DNA of 64,000 bases, taken from the NCBI GenBank assembly GCA_001724265.1, contig MEDY01000147.1, positions 1 through 64,000 on the forward strand. Reading direction: 5' to 3'. Shown here in pieces: positions 39,275 to 50,378 of the stretch. This DNA is from Rhizaria sp. SCN 62-66. Taxonomy: Eukaryota. Each line of letters starts with the position of its first letter. Within the stretch, counting starts at the first letter, position 1. The notes under the pieces are model-generated. The model had not been told where the DNA came from. It ran no database searches and was given only the letters and a program-made list of their open reading frames with translations. The translations under genes were made by a program, and so were the position numbers.

Positions 39275-40065
39275 CGCGGGGCGGAAAAGCGCGGAACGCG
39301 TGCAACGGCGCCGGAGGGAAGAGTACGGGAGTGTGCTGGGCGGGGTTGGGTGCGGGGGCAGTCGCGGAGGCGCGCGGGAGCGAAAGAAGGGAAAGCTGTG
39401 GGAGAGGGGGGCAAAGGGGTCCGAAAGGATGAGTTAGCGACATGGGTTCATCGTTGAAGCGCACAAAAATAGCTCCACAAAATAAAATATTGACTTTAGA
39501 TAATATAATTCTTTTTAACAATGCCATCTTGCTCGTTGACATGCACTTCTCCCCGCTTTTGCGTGCGCGCAACAATTGCTTTGTCTCAGCGTACAGCTTC
39601 CTCGGGGTTCGCAAAAATTCGAACACAGCAACGCATCGTAGCCAAACAAAACGAGTGTATCTCGATGAAGAATGCACGAGTGAAAAAAATATCTTTTATT
39701 ATATTACATGTATGTACGTATAGAACTGTTCTTGATAATATTTTCTGAAAATAGAAGACAATGTAACGCAGCAGACGCTCGGAAAGTGTGACTCTCTCTC
39801 TCGTGTTGCCACTTGCATGTTGTCGCAGTTTGATCATCATGAAGAAGTGAACAGCAACAACATGTAACAATCACGTGTTCTTGAATGCTATCTAATCATA
39901 AAGAGAGAGTCAACAACAGCACGAAGACAAAGTCACAAAAACAAGGGAGTCACACTTACTTATAACGTGTCGCTCCCATATTTGTTTTGTAATTGTATCT
40001 TTACACTAACAAGCTGACTTACTGGTCAGTTTGTGTGTTGTTGCCAGCAACAGGCGGCTGTTCAC

Positions 40066-41268
40066 TTACTCGTCCTCGTCCTCATCCTCATCCTCGTCCT
40101 CGTCCTCATCCTCATCCTCGTCGTCGTTCTCCTCGTGCTTGCCAGTCTTGGTGAGCTTCTTGTCCTCGCCGTCGGAGCTGATGGCGGGCGCCTCCTTGAC
40201 GACGACGTGGCCCTCCTTGGTCGAGAGCACCTCGCGCACCTTCTCGATCGCCTGCTCCATCAGCGCGATCGCCTTGCTCGCGTTGACAGACACGGTCGTG
40301 ATGGTGTACGAGGGCGGGGCGAGGATGCGGAACTTGAGCTGGATGTCCTCGGTCGAGCACGCCTGGCCCGCGATGAGCGCCTCGCGGATCGCGTCCACGC
40401 CCTCCTGGCCGAAGCACGTCGCCTCAATCGTCGCGCGGATGTAGTGCGGCTGGGGGGTCATGCGGTGCTTGATGATGCTGATCATCGTCGAGCGCACGTC
40501 GGCGGGCATCGTGGCGGAGTACTTGTCGAGCACCGACTCGTCGCCGTTGACGATCGAAATGAAGGCGTCGTAGGCGTGGCCGAAGCGCTGGTAAAGGTCC
40601 CAGCCGAACATCTCGTACAGCTCCAGCAGGGTGCGCTTGGTCAGCGTCGCGGTGCGGCCGAGGATCGAGTGAACCTGTTATAGAGGCAAGTAAGAAGGAA
40701 ACAAAAACAAACGTAGTACAGAGATGACATATGGGCGAAAATTAAGAGTGGATTAAGGTTTGAGAAGCAGATGTCGAGCTAGATACACTCGCTCGAAGGC
40801 GATCGGTGTTGCTTGCCTCCAGCCGCGAGAATGGAGTGTTTGTGTTTGCGGACGTACCTGGCGGGAGCGGGCATAGCGGTCGCGGGCCAGGGTGACCTCG
40901 CCGGGGGTGACGCGGCGCTTGGAGAGGTCAATGAAGCCCTTCTCGGTGTCGACGCGGAGCACGACGACGGCCTCCATGCGGCCGACGCGGATGACACGGT
41001 TCATCGAGCGAATGCGGCGGCGGGTGAGCTCGGACGCAAGGATCATACCCTTGACGTTCTTGTACTCGAGGAGGGTAACGTAGGCACCGAGCTCGGCAAT
41101 CTGCTCGACCTGGACCATGACGACCTCGTCCGCGCTGGGGTGCTCCTTGGCGTACATGCGGCACGTGCGGCCCACGTCGCGGGACTCGCCGTCGTCGGCG
41201 GCAGCGTTCTGCTGGCCGTGCTCGGCCAGGAAGCGCGCCTTGTCCTCCTCAGGGATCGGCTCAGACAT
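40066..41268 (-). CDS. EIF2S1: Translation initiation factor 2 alpha subunit, ~339 aa. Exons 41268-40858 and 40674-40066
   Basis: CRMY..P...V.V..IAELGAYVTLLEY...GMIL.SELTRRRIRS...VVVLRVDTEKGFIDLSKRRV, VHSIL, FGHAYDAF, EGVDAIREAL, APPSY, acidic tail. Intron GTACGT..AACAG. Ends in TAA. Confidence 0.96.
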
Positions 41269-41799
41269 GCTAGCTGCAGAGTAAAAACAGGCGTGGAGGA
41301 AACAAAACACAGCGGTGTAAGGTGGCGAATCAGAAACAAATGATGTGGAGTTGGTCGCGGGCGGTGGGAGGCTGGCGCGCGACGCGGAGGGTTGCGCACA
41401 TCGACACGCAGAGCCACAGAGCGCTTAGCGCGGCCACGACGCACGGCTTGCCACACCGTCAACCAAACATCGCAATACTACATCTTAGTAAATTTTCGCA
41501 TAAATTCGTTATTCCATTTTGTACCACACCAAAGCACGACATCTAGCGCCCTAGATACCCCCTGACTCGCTCGCGCTTCTCGCTTTGACTTCGGTCTGCC
41601 GTCCATCCCGCCCGCCACGAGACTTTTTGCGAACCGTGGAAACTTCGAGCGAACGCCCGCCACAGCAAAGTGGTGCGAGCTGGGGTGGCATGATCAAAAG
41701 TGTAATTCGAGCTCTTTCATTTGATCGTCAACAGCGCTTATATACCATTATGTCATTAAATTACTTATATTACATTCTTATTTTTGTTTATCGTTGCAG

Positions 41800-43953
41800 A
41801 TGAGTGAGTCTAAAGATGGTTTATCGCGCCTCAAAGTCTACGCCTTCGACTGGTACGTCATCATCGTCACCATTTTCTTTCCGAACACGTCCCATTCTTC
41901 GCCCGAAGCGTTCTTACGTTTTAAGCACTATTCGCACTATTGCCTGCTCTTTGTTGCGCTTACCTACAGGGACGATAACCTCGTCTACATGCCAACGACG
42001 ATGATTCTGTACCGCCGCCCGCAGGACCCCTCCGCGGCGCGGCCCTCAGACCTGTCCTACGGCGGGCAGTACGACTCCGTTAACTACGACATGAGCGGCG
42101 TGGGCGATTTCTGGGAGCCGTACCAGGTTTCTACTGCCGAGTTTGCTTCTCTGCGCCGTCTCCCGGCCTCGGAGCGCACGTTTACGTACAACGCGTCGTC
42201 GTTTCAGTACTTCGAGTCGCCCACCCGCTTCACGCACGACGTGCACACTGCGCTCACATCACCTTATATCGCTGATTCCAACGCTAACAACGCTTCTGCT
42301 GTAACAGCGAGTGGTGACCCCGCGCCCGGCACGTCTGCGTTTGCCGCGCTGTCGGTGTCGACCGCGATCGAGGTCATCATGCGCCGCTTTCCCGCTCTAG
42401 GCCCGTCGTTCCCCAAGCTCTGCACCGCGGTGCTCTCGGCGGCCCCTTTGCTAGTCATCACCGCGCGCGGCCAGCCCGCGGCGCGGCTGATGCAGGGGCT
42501 GTGTTTCCTGCTCTCTGTCACGCTGCTCACCCACCCGGTCGCCGCAGCGCAGGCCGCCGCGGCCGCCAAAGCTGCGGGATATGGTAACAGCAACAGGACT
42601 CACAGTGACACGAATGACGATGACGATGATGACAGTGACGGGTTGACTGCGTGGCTTGCCTCCGTTGCCACCACCGCCCCGGCCTCTCTTGCCCACGGTC
42701 ATCCCTCCACTTTCGCCGCGCCCCTCCCGCGGCCCGTTGCCCGCTACCTCCGCGTGCAGCACCTCTTCGCGGTCAGCTCGCCCGAGTACAGGGCCGTGGC
42801 GGGCCGCATGGAGGCCGTGGCGGCCGCGCTGGGCCATTACTTGCCCGCACACGGCGGCGGCTCACAACACTTAGAGTCTCAGGAGCAGTCACAGTCTCGG
42901 TCTGAGTCTCAGTCTCAGTCCGAGTCGGAATCGTTGTCGTCGCTGCTGCGCCAGGCCGAAGGCAGCGGGATGTCAGTGACTGTGTGCGCGGACACAGGCA
43001 CGGGTTCTTGTACCGCTAGCAACAACTGCACAATTGCTACGAGTGACTGTGAGCTGATTGTGAAACAGTTGTCAAACTTGAAGCTTCACTTTCACTTTGA
43101 AATTCACACAGCTCTCAGTAACGGCGCTGCAACTGCTGCCACTGGTAGTTCCGCTGCCAGCGGCGGCAGCGCTGTGATGGGGGCTGAGGCGCTGGATGCG
43201 CATTACTCCCCCGAAAAGGGCAAGTGCGTCGCCATTCTGTGGTTTACAGCGCTGTTTCTCTCGCGCCAGGGCATCGCTCTGTGGACCAAGGCCGCCACCG
43301 CTGCTGTCGCTAGCAACAACAGCAGCAGCAGCAGCAAGACCAAGACTGACTGTGAGCAGAGTGAGAGTGACCGTGAGCAGCATGAGGGCGACCCGCTGCG
43401 CGTTCTGTCCCCGACGTGGGCCCTCGCGCCCGCGCTGTTACACAGGCTCGTCACGACTGCTCGCAACAACCGCGAGAGCAATAGCAAGAGCAACTGCAGC
43501 AACAGCATGCACACCAGTGTTGAGAATGTGAGTCGGGAGAGTATTGTTTCACCGATGACTGCACTCGCCTCAGCCCTCACTCTCAACCACAGATTTGCTG
43601 CTGATGCGGCCTCGAACACCGGTGCTGTAACTGTCTCCCCTGCAGTGACCGTGACCGTGAGCACGGCCTCCCCTCTTGCTGCGAATGTGAGCGCAACGAC
43701 GGGAAGCCATGGCTTACAGGCACCGTCGCAGCCGCATGTCCGGTCCCAGTCGCAGTCGTTGCAGCTACCGATCAGCTCGCTGTCCCTGTCCATCTCGATG
43801 GGCTTCTCGGACGATGATCCGAAGAACCTGACCGCAATCGAGTCGCTTTTCGCGCGCACGCTGGCGGCGCAGAGCCCTCACGTGCGCTTCGTGCTCTACA
43901 ACGCCTCGGTCAAGGGCGAGACACCGGTTAAGGTCGCGGTGAAGCAAGACTGA
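41800..43953 (+). CDS. HAD-superfamily hydrolase of the FDWDDN type, ~678 aa with low-complexity inserts. Exons 41800-41852 and 41970-43953; a short upstream exon is possible
   Basis: Removing the 117-nt GTACGT...TACAG intron restores KVYAFDWDDNLVYMPT (HAD motif I, DxD). Later VSTAEFA, GPSF..L, VITARG (motif II) and GFSDDDPKN (motif IV). Ends in TGA. Confidence 0.75.
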   Translation: MSESKDGLSRLKVYAFDWYVIIVTIFFPNTSHSSPEAFLRFKHYSHYCLLFVALTYRDDNLVYMPTTMILYRRPQDPSAARPSDLSYGGQYDSVNYDMSGVGDFWEPYQVSTAEFASLRRLPASERTFTYNASSFQYFESPTRFTHDVHTALTSPYIADSNANNASAVTASGDPAPGTSAFAALSVSTAIEVIMRRFPALGPSFPKLCTAVLSAAPLLVITARGQPAARLMQGLCFLLSVTLLTHPVAAAQAAAAAKAAGYGNSNRTHSDTNDDDDDDSDGLTAWLASVATTAPASLAHGHPSTFAAPLPRPVARYLRVQHLFAVSSPEYRAVAGRMEAVAAALGHYLPAHGGGSQHLESQEQSQSRSESQSQSESESLSSLLRQAEGSGMSVTVCADTGTGSCTASNNCTIATSDCELIVKQLSNLKLHFHFEIHTALSNGAATAATGSSAASGGSAVMGAEALDAHYSPEKGKCVAILWFTALFLSRQGIALWTKAATAAVASNNSSSSSKTKTDCEQSESDREQHEGDPLRVLSPTWALAPALLHRLVTTARNNRESNSKSNCSNSMHTSVENVSRESIVSPMTALASALTLNHRFAADAASNTGAVTVSPAVTVTVSTASPLAANVSATTGSHGLQAPSQPHVRSQSQSLQLPISSLSLSISMGFSDDDPKNLTAIESLFARTLAAQSPHVRFVLYNASVKGETPVKVAVKQD

Positions 43954-44296
43954 GACTGTGAGACTGGAGATGACGGTGGGCATGCACAATGAGATGAGCG
44001 AGTTATTATACAGTGACAGAATGTGAGCGTGACTGTCTGTGTAAGCTTGCAGTGGAGTCAAACACTTTTAAACATGTTATTTAGTTCTATTAGCCACCAT
44101 GATTTTACCTATTGTTGTTCTTTTTTGGCTCATAAGCAATACATCAGTAACGATTGCCATCAACATAGCGTTTAGAGATTAAAAAAACAACTCAATTTAT
44201 TCTAAAATTATACTACACATACAATCTAACGTCACAAACTATAACTGCACAATAGATATCATACTTGGATCGCCGATACAAAAGCATGCTTGCGAT

Positions 44297-46839
44297 TTAC
44301 GCGTTGACCGTGAGAGTGACGCTGCCGGAGACAGTGAAGATGAGTTGATGCAAGAAGTTCTTCAAGTCGGCCTTTTGCACGTACACGACGCTATTATCGA
44401 ACCCATCCTGGCGCACGCGCGCGCGGACCTTCTCGGCCGCGGCCCTGAACGCCGCGCCAAAGGCATTGGCGCCGCGGCGGGTCTTGGCCTGTCGCAGCGA
44501 GTTGGTGCCCAGCACGATATACGCGTCGGCCGCGGGGATCAGGAAGGCGACGACGAGCGGGCGCGATACTTTCTTGATGGCGATAAGGTCTTGCACAAAG
44601 CTGGCGAGCCGCGCGAGCGCGCCGGGCCGCGTGAACAGCGCCAAATCGGGCGACGAGTCGACGATGGCCTGGTGGACCATCGTGCGCATGTCCACCTCGC
44701 GCTTCTTAATCATGGCCACGCCCTGGCGGATGATCGCGCGCTGCACGTCGATCGCGAGCCCGATGCCGAGCCGCAGGAGATCCGCGCCCGGGCCCGTGGG
44801 CGCGAGCGCGTCGTAGGCCGACCAGAAGCACTGGCGCGACGGGCGCAGCGCGGCGGCCTGCGCGGCGGCGGCAGCGTTGGCGCTGGATCCCGCGAGGGAG
44901 CTGATCAGCGCGAGGCGGCCTGGCGTCAGCCCGACCGAGGCGACGACGGCGGCCGCGGCCGTGTTGCCTGCGCTGGCGTTGGCGGCCGCCGCGTCCGTGT
45001 CATCGTCCGCGGCGCGGCGCGCGGCGTCCTGGCTGGCCTTGACAACCGCGGCGTGCGTGGCCGAGGGCGCGCCGGCCGCCGCGCGGGCGCCGACGAGCTC
45101 GCTGGGCAGCGCGCCGGGACGCGTCTCGAGCAGCGCCGTGAGCGCGAAACAGGCGTCGAAGGCCGAGACGACAAGTGACGACGAATGCTGGCGGGTGTAG
45201 GACGGGTAAACGCGGTTGTCGAGGCCCAAGTCGTCGCCGAAGGCGTCTAGACTGCGGCGCAGGAGCGACTTGGTAGAGTCCTTCATCAACGGGTATGGAC
45301 TTTGAGCCTCAGCAAGAGACAAGCGCATGCGTGCAAGAGTCTATAAATGCACAGCAGTCAACAAGGCAAGGCAATAAGGTAAATAAATACGAGATACATG
45401 AATAACGAAGCATATACACCTGTGAAGATATTTGTTTTTGGTCAGAGAGCAATGACGTACTGCGCGCATATCTCCGATGCCGTTGTCGGTCCACGTCCTG
45501 AGGTGCGTGGCGACCCTCTTGGTGTTGGCCAGCGCGTCGTAGAGCGTCCAGTGGTGGAGCAGCGGGAACACGATCTCGTCCGCCGACGACAGCGCGCCCA
45601 CGGGCACGGCCTGCGGGGCCAGCTCCCCCGTGGCGTCGCGCACGGGCGCCTGCACCACGGCCACCGCTGGGCCCGCCAGCGCGGCGATCTGGCTGTGGTA
45701 CTCGGCCTCGGTCACGCGCTCGTGGATAAGCCCGTCAGTGATGGCCAGGATAAGCGGCCAGAGCACGTCGGCGCTCGGGGGACGCTCTTCGATGATTGAC
45801 ACGGTCCAGATCGTCCGCGCCACAGGGACGCCCACGGTCGACACGCGGTAGTACTGGTCCTAAACATACCATAGCAATTGGTGTGAAGAAAGAAGTGCAA
45901 AATAAAAAGTCGATTAAGTAAAGTAAGTACTGTAGTAGAGATGATATAATCCATTTGGCCGAGTTTTGCATTGCCATTTCGTTGATATGCAAGAATTACG
46001 TACGATTTGCTGCTGAATCTCGCGCCGCTGGCGGATGCGCTCGCTCCTCTCGCGGGCCAACTGCAGCGCGCTTTTTCGCTGCTGGTGGTGCTGCTGCTGC
46101 TGCGTCGTCTCTGCCGCCGACGCACTTGCGCCGCTCTTGCCGCTGCCGATGCGAGCACGCTTGTCGGGCTTGGAGGTCTTGTGCGCCGAAGGGGCGGTGC
46201 GTTTTCCGTTCTTCGACTTGGCATTCGCAGCCTTCGACTTGTTCGAGTTGGTTTCCTTTGACTTGGAGCGCTTAGACTTGCTGGTCTTGCCCTTGGCCTC
46301 CTCGCCGTCGCTGTCGCTGTTATCGCCATTCTTCGTCTCATCGCCGTCATCGTAGTCGTCCTCAGTGAGACCGAAAGGGTTGTGCTTCTTCGTCTTGGCC
46401 TTGCTCTTCTCACTACTTGCATTTGCACTGACACTCATACTGTCATCGCCGTCGTCATCATCGCTGTCGCCGTCGTCATCGCTATCGGCATCATCAGTGA
46501 CTGTGGCAGCCTTCCGGTCCCGTTTCTTTCTCTTGAGCATGCGCGTATAGTCACTGTCGTCGCCATCATCGTCGCCGTCATCGTCCAGCGAGGCCTCCTC
46601 CTCGTCTTCTTCCTCATTAAACCGATCACTGCTGTCGCCCTCGTAGCCATCGCCCTCCGCGCCGTCGCCCTCGACTCCCCAGTGCGAGTCGTCCCCGACG
46701 TCGCCCATGTCGTCGTCGCTGTCGCCAGTGTAGCCGTCGTAGTCAGCGCCGTCGTCGACGATGAAGTCATCGACGTCATCGTCGCCACCGCCGCCCCCGC
46801 GCTTCTTGCCGTTGCCGCTGCCCGTACTCGCACCCGCAC

Positions 46840-46873
<34 letters not shown>

Positions 46874-47491
46874 GCCGCCAGCATCAGCGCCAGCGCTGTT
46901 TGCGTAGCCTTCGTCGTCGGCGGCAGTCAGCACGAGCTCCAGCGGCATCACGGGCGGGTAGCTGGCCTCGGCGTCAGCCTCGGTCAGCGCCACGCGCACG
47001 CGCTTGTTGCTGGCGCTGGTGTTGTGGTGATGTACGGGCCGGTGCGAGTCAATGCAGTAGACGTTGACATTGGCGCGCGCGCGGTGCTTGAGTTGCAGCA
47101 GCGCCTCCAGGTCAGCGCCGGCGCCGCAGTCAAGCAGGACGATGCTAACAGCGGGCGCGTCGAGGTCGCCGTCGTCCTCATCGTCGTCGTTGCCGTGCGC
47201 GAGCGATGACGAGGAGGACGACGATGAGTAGATCGAGCGAGAGGCTCTTGACTTGGGGGCGGGCACAGGGCCCACAAAGGCGTCCGTTGCGACAACCATG
47301 TCCTGGTAACCGGACACGGGAACGACAGCGTAAGCGATGCAGTCACTCTCAAGCAGGCCGACGAGCATTTGGTAAGAGCAGAGCCCATCGATGGTGTTAG
47401 CGGGGAGGATGAGGATGCGGTGCTTTCGCTTGCGGAAGTCGAGCCGAATCGACGGGTAGAGTAACTTCAGGTGGTTGTGAGGAATCAACAT
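44297..47491 (-). CDS. CDC45: DNA replication initiation factor CDC45, ~976 aa. Exons 47491-46004, 45859-45461, 45340-44297
   Basis: IDGLCSYQML..LL..D.I.Y.VVPVSGY, LLDCGA..DL, VYCIDSHRP, long acidic loop, LW..I.AITD, FPLLHHWTLYDAL, SAFD...AL.ALLE, FWSAYDAL, NAFGAAF..AA..V.AR...DGFDNSVV. Two phase-0 GTACGT introns. Ends in TAA. Confidence 0.93.
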
Positions 47492-49139
47492 CGTGACTAG
47501 AGTAAACGAGACACGAGATCGCGCGCGGAGAGTGCGGAAAGGCGCGGGGCGGCGACGGCGAGCGCGCGCGAGTGCGGCTTGTGTAGAGGAACGAGCAGAC
47601 GGACGAGAAGTCTTCAAGAAAGGTGTGTTTCCAAGCGTGGTACGCTGTCCCAGAAGAAGATAGGCTGCGTAATAATATAAACACAAATTTTGTTTGTGGG
47701 CGAGGTGTTGTGACAAAAAAATAGAGATATGATCAAGTACAAGCCGATGGTTTATCACAGAGTATGGTGGGCGCATGAGGGTTAGTTAAGAGGGTATCTT
47801 AAGATGAGATTTCGGGGGATATTTGTTCTTTAGAGCAAAATATATTTCAATTAAATGATAGAAAAGCAAGATGTCTGCGACGACAGCGTATCAAATGGCA
47901 GTTCCACGATAAAGCCACGATGATTTCTATAGCCGCGATAGGGCTTCAACTTGGCGCCATTTCGCTCACACCAGCGGCCTGATGTGAGGTCCAGTTGTTG
48001 TCGGCAAGCAGTATGATTGTCACTTCATAGCATCGTCCATTTATTCTGTTTTAATCGCAGTGGTATGTGATAGCCAGCAGTAATGGCAATCAGTGTACGT
48101 TACAACGGTGTTAAGTAAACATCATTATGTATTACAATGCGTTTTGTGTGAGTTGACGTGAGTCTTGATTTACAACGACGGACAGGCCACAGTTGAGTTA
48201 ACATTACATAGTTAACATTACATGTACTATAGCAGAGAGAATACAAACATCTAGAGAGAGAATATACCATATTATCTAAAGAGAAAAGCGAAAAGAACAT
48301 ATACGAAGGAAAAAAAGAAAGAAGAAGATAGAGGGCAAGAGAGCGGGCGAGCGAGAGAGAGAGGAGGTGGAGAAAGCACAAGAGACAGGGATACGGAGAG
48401 TGGTGAAGTAAGCTGAAGCCACAGTCCTGTGCGATGACGTGCTATGCGGCGTTGTTGTGTAATGCTGCGCTGCGTGAGATCGTGCCACGGTACGTTGTGT
48501 CAAGTACAACAAGTCAGGTCGAGTCTAGCGAGACTAAACACGATAAATTGCATTTCACGCAATTTGAGGCAGTAGCAGGAGCAACACCAACAACAATAAC
48601 ATCACAACAGCGTCAGTATCACTTAAAAACGACAACAACAAAGTGGATGCAGTGACAAACAATGCGACAATGGTGGCAACAACGATGAAGCCAATTTTAA
48701 ACACGAACATTGACAACAACAGGAGGCGACAACAACAAAATCAACGGTCAGCGTGGTAGTGGTTGAGTAAACAGAGAGAAAGATATACATATTGTTGTGT
48801 GTCCCAGAAAGAAATGATCATTGTTTTTTGTTCATCGTTCACTGTAACTATTGAGCGAGTGGGGGTATTGTTGCAAGTTATGATAGATTGAGATTGGTTA
48901 TGAAAAAGAGAGAGGAAAAAAAAGAAGAATAAGAAGCAAATCAGTTGATTTCATCCAAATTCGGTACGGAAGCTGTGTGGCTGAATGAATCAAGAAGTGA
49001 AGACGCAAGAATGGAAGTATAGAAATGAACAACTCACGAGAGAGGAGTGCGCAGACGCGTTAAGGTCAAACACGACGCGACGCAATCATAACAACAGCCA
49101 ACAGTGTTTCCGCTGCTGGTTGCGTTTGTGTTGACAGGC

Positions 49140-49180
49140 TTACCGGCTGACCTGCGCAAACTGTCCCTGCTGCTGCTGCC

Positions 49181-49217
<37 letters not shown>

Positions 49218-50378
49218 GTAGTCGGCGGCGCCGCCGCTCTGGTGCACTGCGGGGGCCCCGGGCGCGGGCGCGCCGGCCGCCGCGGCCGCCGCGGGGACGT
49301 TGCCGCCGGCCTGCTGTTGCTGCTGCTGCTGGGCCGCGGTGGAGGCGCGGCGCGGGCGGCGCTTGAGGTCGGCGAAGAAGGGGTGAGAGAGCGCGGCCTC
49401 GGCCGTGATGCGCTTCGAGGGGTCCATGTGGAGCAGCGCAGCGAGCAGGTGCAGTCCGTCGGCGTCGCCCTCGAGGCGCGGCACCAGCACGTGCAGCGGC
49501 GTCGGCTTGACCGAGGCCGAGCCGGGCGGGAACGAGGCCGCGTAGAGGGGCAGGTTGACGGCGTTAGGCCAGTCGTGGTGGTCCGGGGTGCCCATGAGCT
49601 CGGTGATGCACTCGAGCTGCTTCGCGTCCGTAGCGCCTATGATGGGGAAAAATGAGAGAGAACGAGGGACAGGAAGAAGAGACTCAGTGAGAGACATGTT
49701 CATAAAGCAATACGTCACTAGTGCAAGAATACATGAGGATCTTGCGTGCGATGTTTAGCAGAGGAACGTACCGGGGAAGAGCGGCGAGCCGTTGACCATC
49801 TCGGCGAAGATGCATCCGACGGACCAGAGGTCGACCTCGGTGGAGTAGTCGACCTCGCCCAGCAGCAGCTCGGGGCCGCGATACCACACCGTGATGATCT
49901 CGTGCTTGAGCGCGCTAACGTCCATGGCGAAGGAGCGCGCGAGCCCGAAGTCGGCGAGCTTGAGGATGCCCGAGCGGTTCAGCAGCAGGTTCGCGGGCTT
50001 GAGGTCGCGGTGCAGCACCTTCTGCTTGTGGCAGAAGGCGAGGCCCTGGAGCAGCTGGTAGAGCAGGGACTTGACTGTGATGATGTCGAGGCCGGCATTG
50101 CAGGCGTCGAGGTACTTCTTGAGGTCGAACTCAAGGTACTCGAAGACCATGGTGAGCTTGTCCATCATGTGAATCACGTCGTGCATCACCACAATGTTCT
50201 GGTGCTTAAGGAACTTGAGCAGGGCGATCTCACGAATCGCCGTGGAGGGGATGCCTTCCTCTTCGATGAGGCTGATCGTCTTGAGGGCGACAGACTCGGA
50301 TGTCTTTTTGTCCTTGGCCTTGTAGACGACGCCGTAGGTGCCCTTGCCGACACGGTCGAGAACTTGGTAGCGGTCCAT
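49140..50378 (-). CDS. PSTAIRE cyclin-dependent kinase (CDK1/2 or CDK5/Pho85-like) with poly-Gln tail, ~367 aa. Exons 50378-49772 and 49636-49140
   Basis: [80 protein letters not shown]. Phase-1 GTACGT..CATAG intron. Ends in TAA. Confidence 0.93.

Noticed and set aside
47492-49139. Small ORFs in the 1.6-kb AT-rich stretch between CDC45 and the CDK, and the ORF extension of CDC45 to 47776
   Set aside because: No coding-type codon bias. Best explained as CDK 3' UTR plus CDC45 promoter/5' UTR. CDC45 homology starts at ATG 47491.
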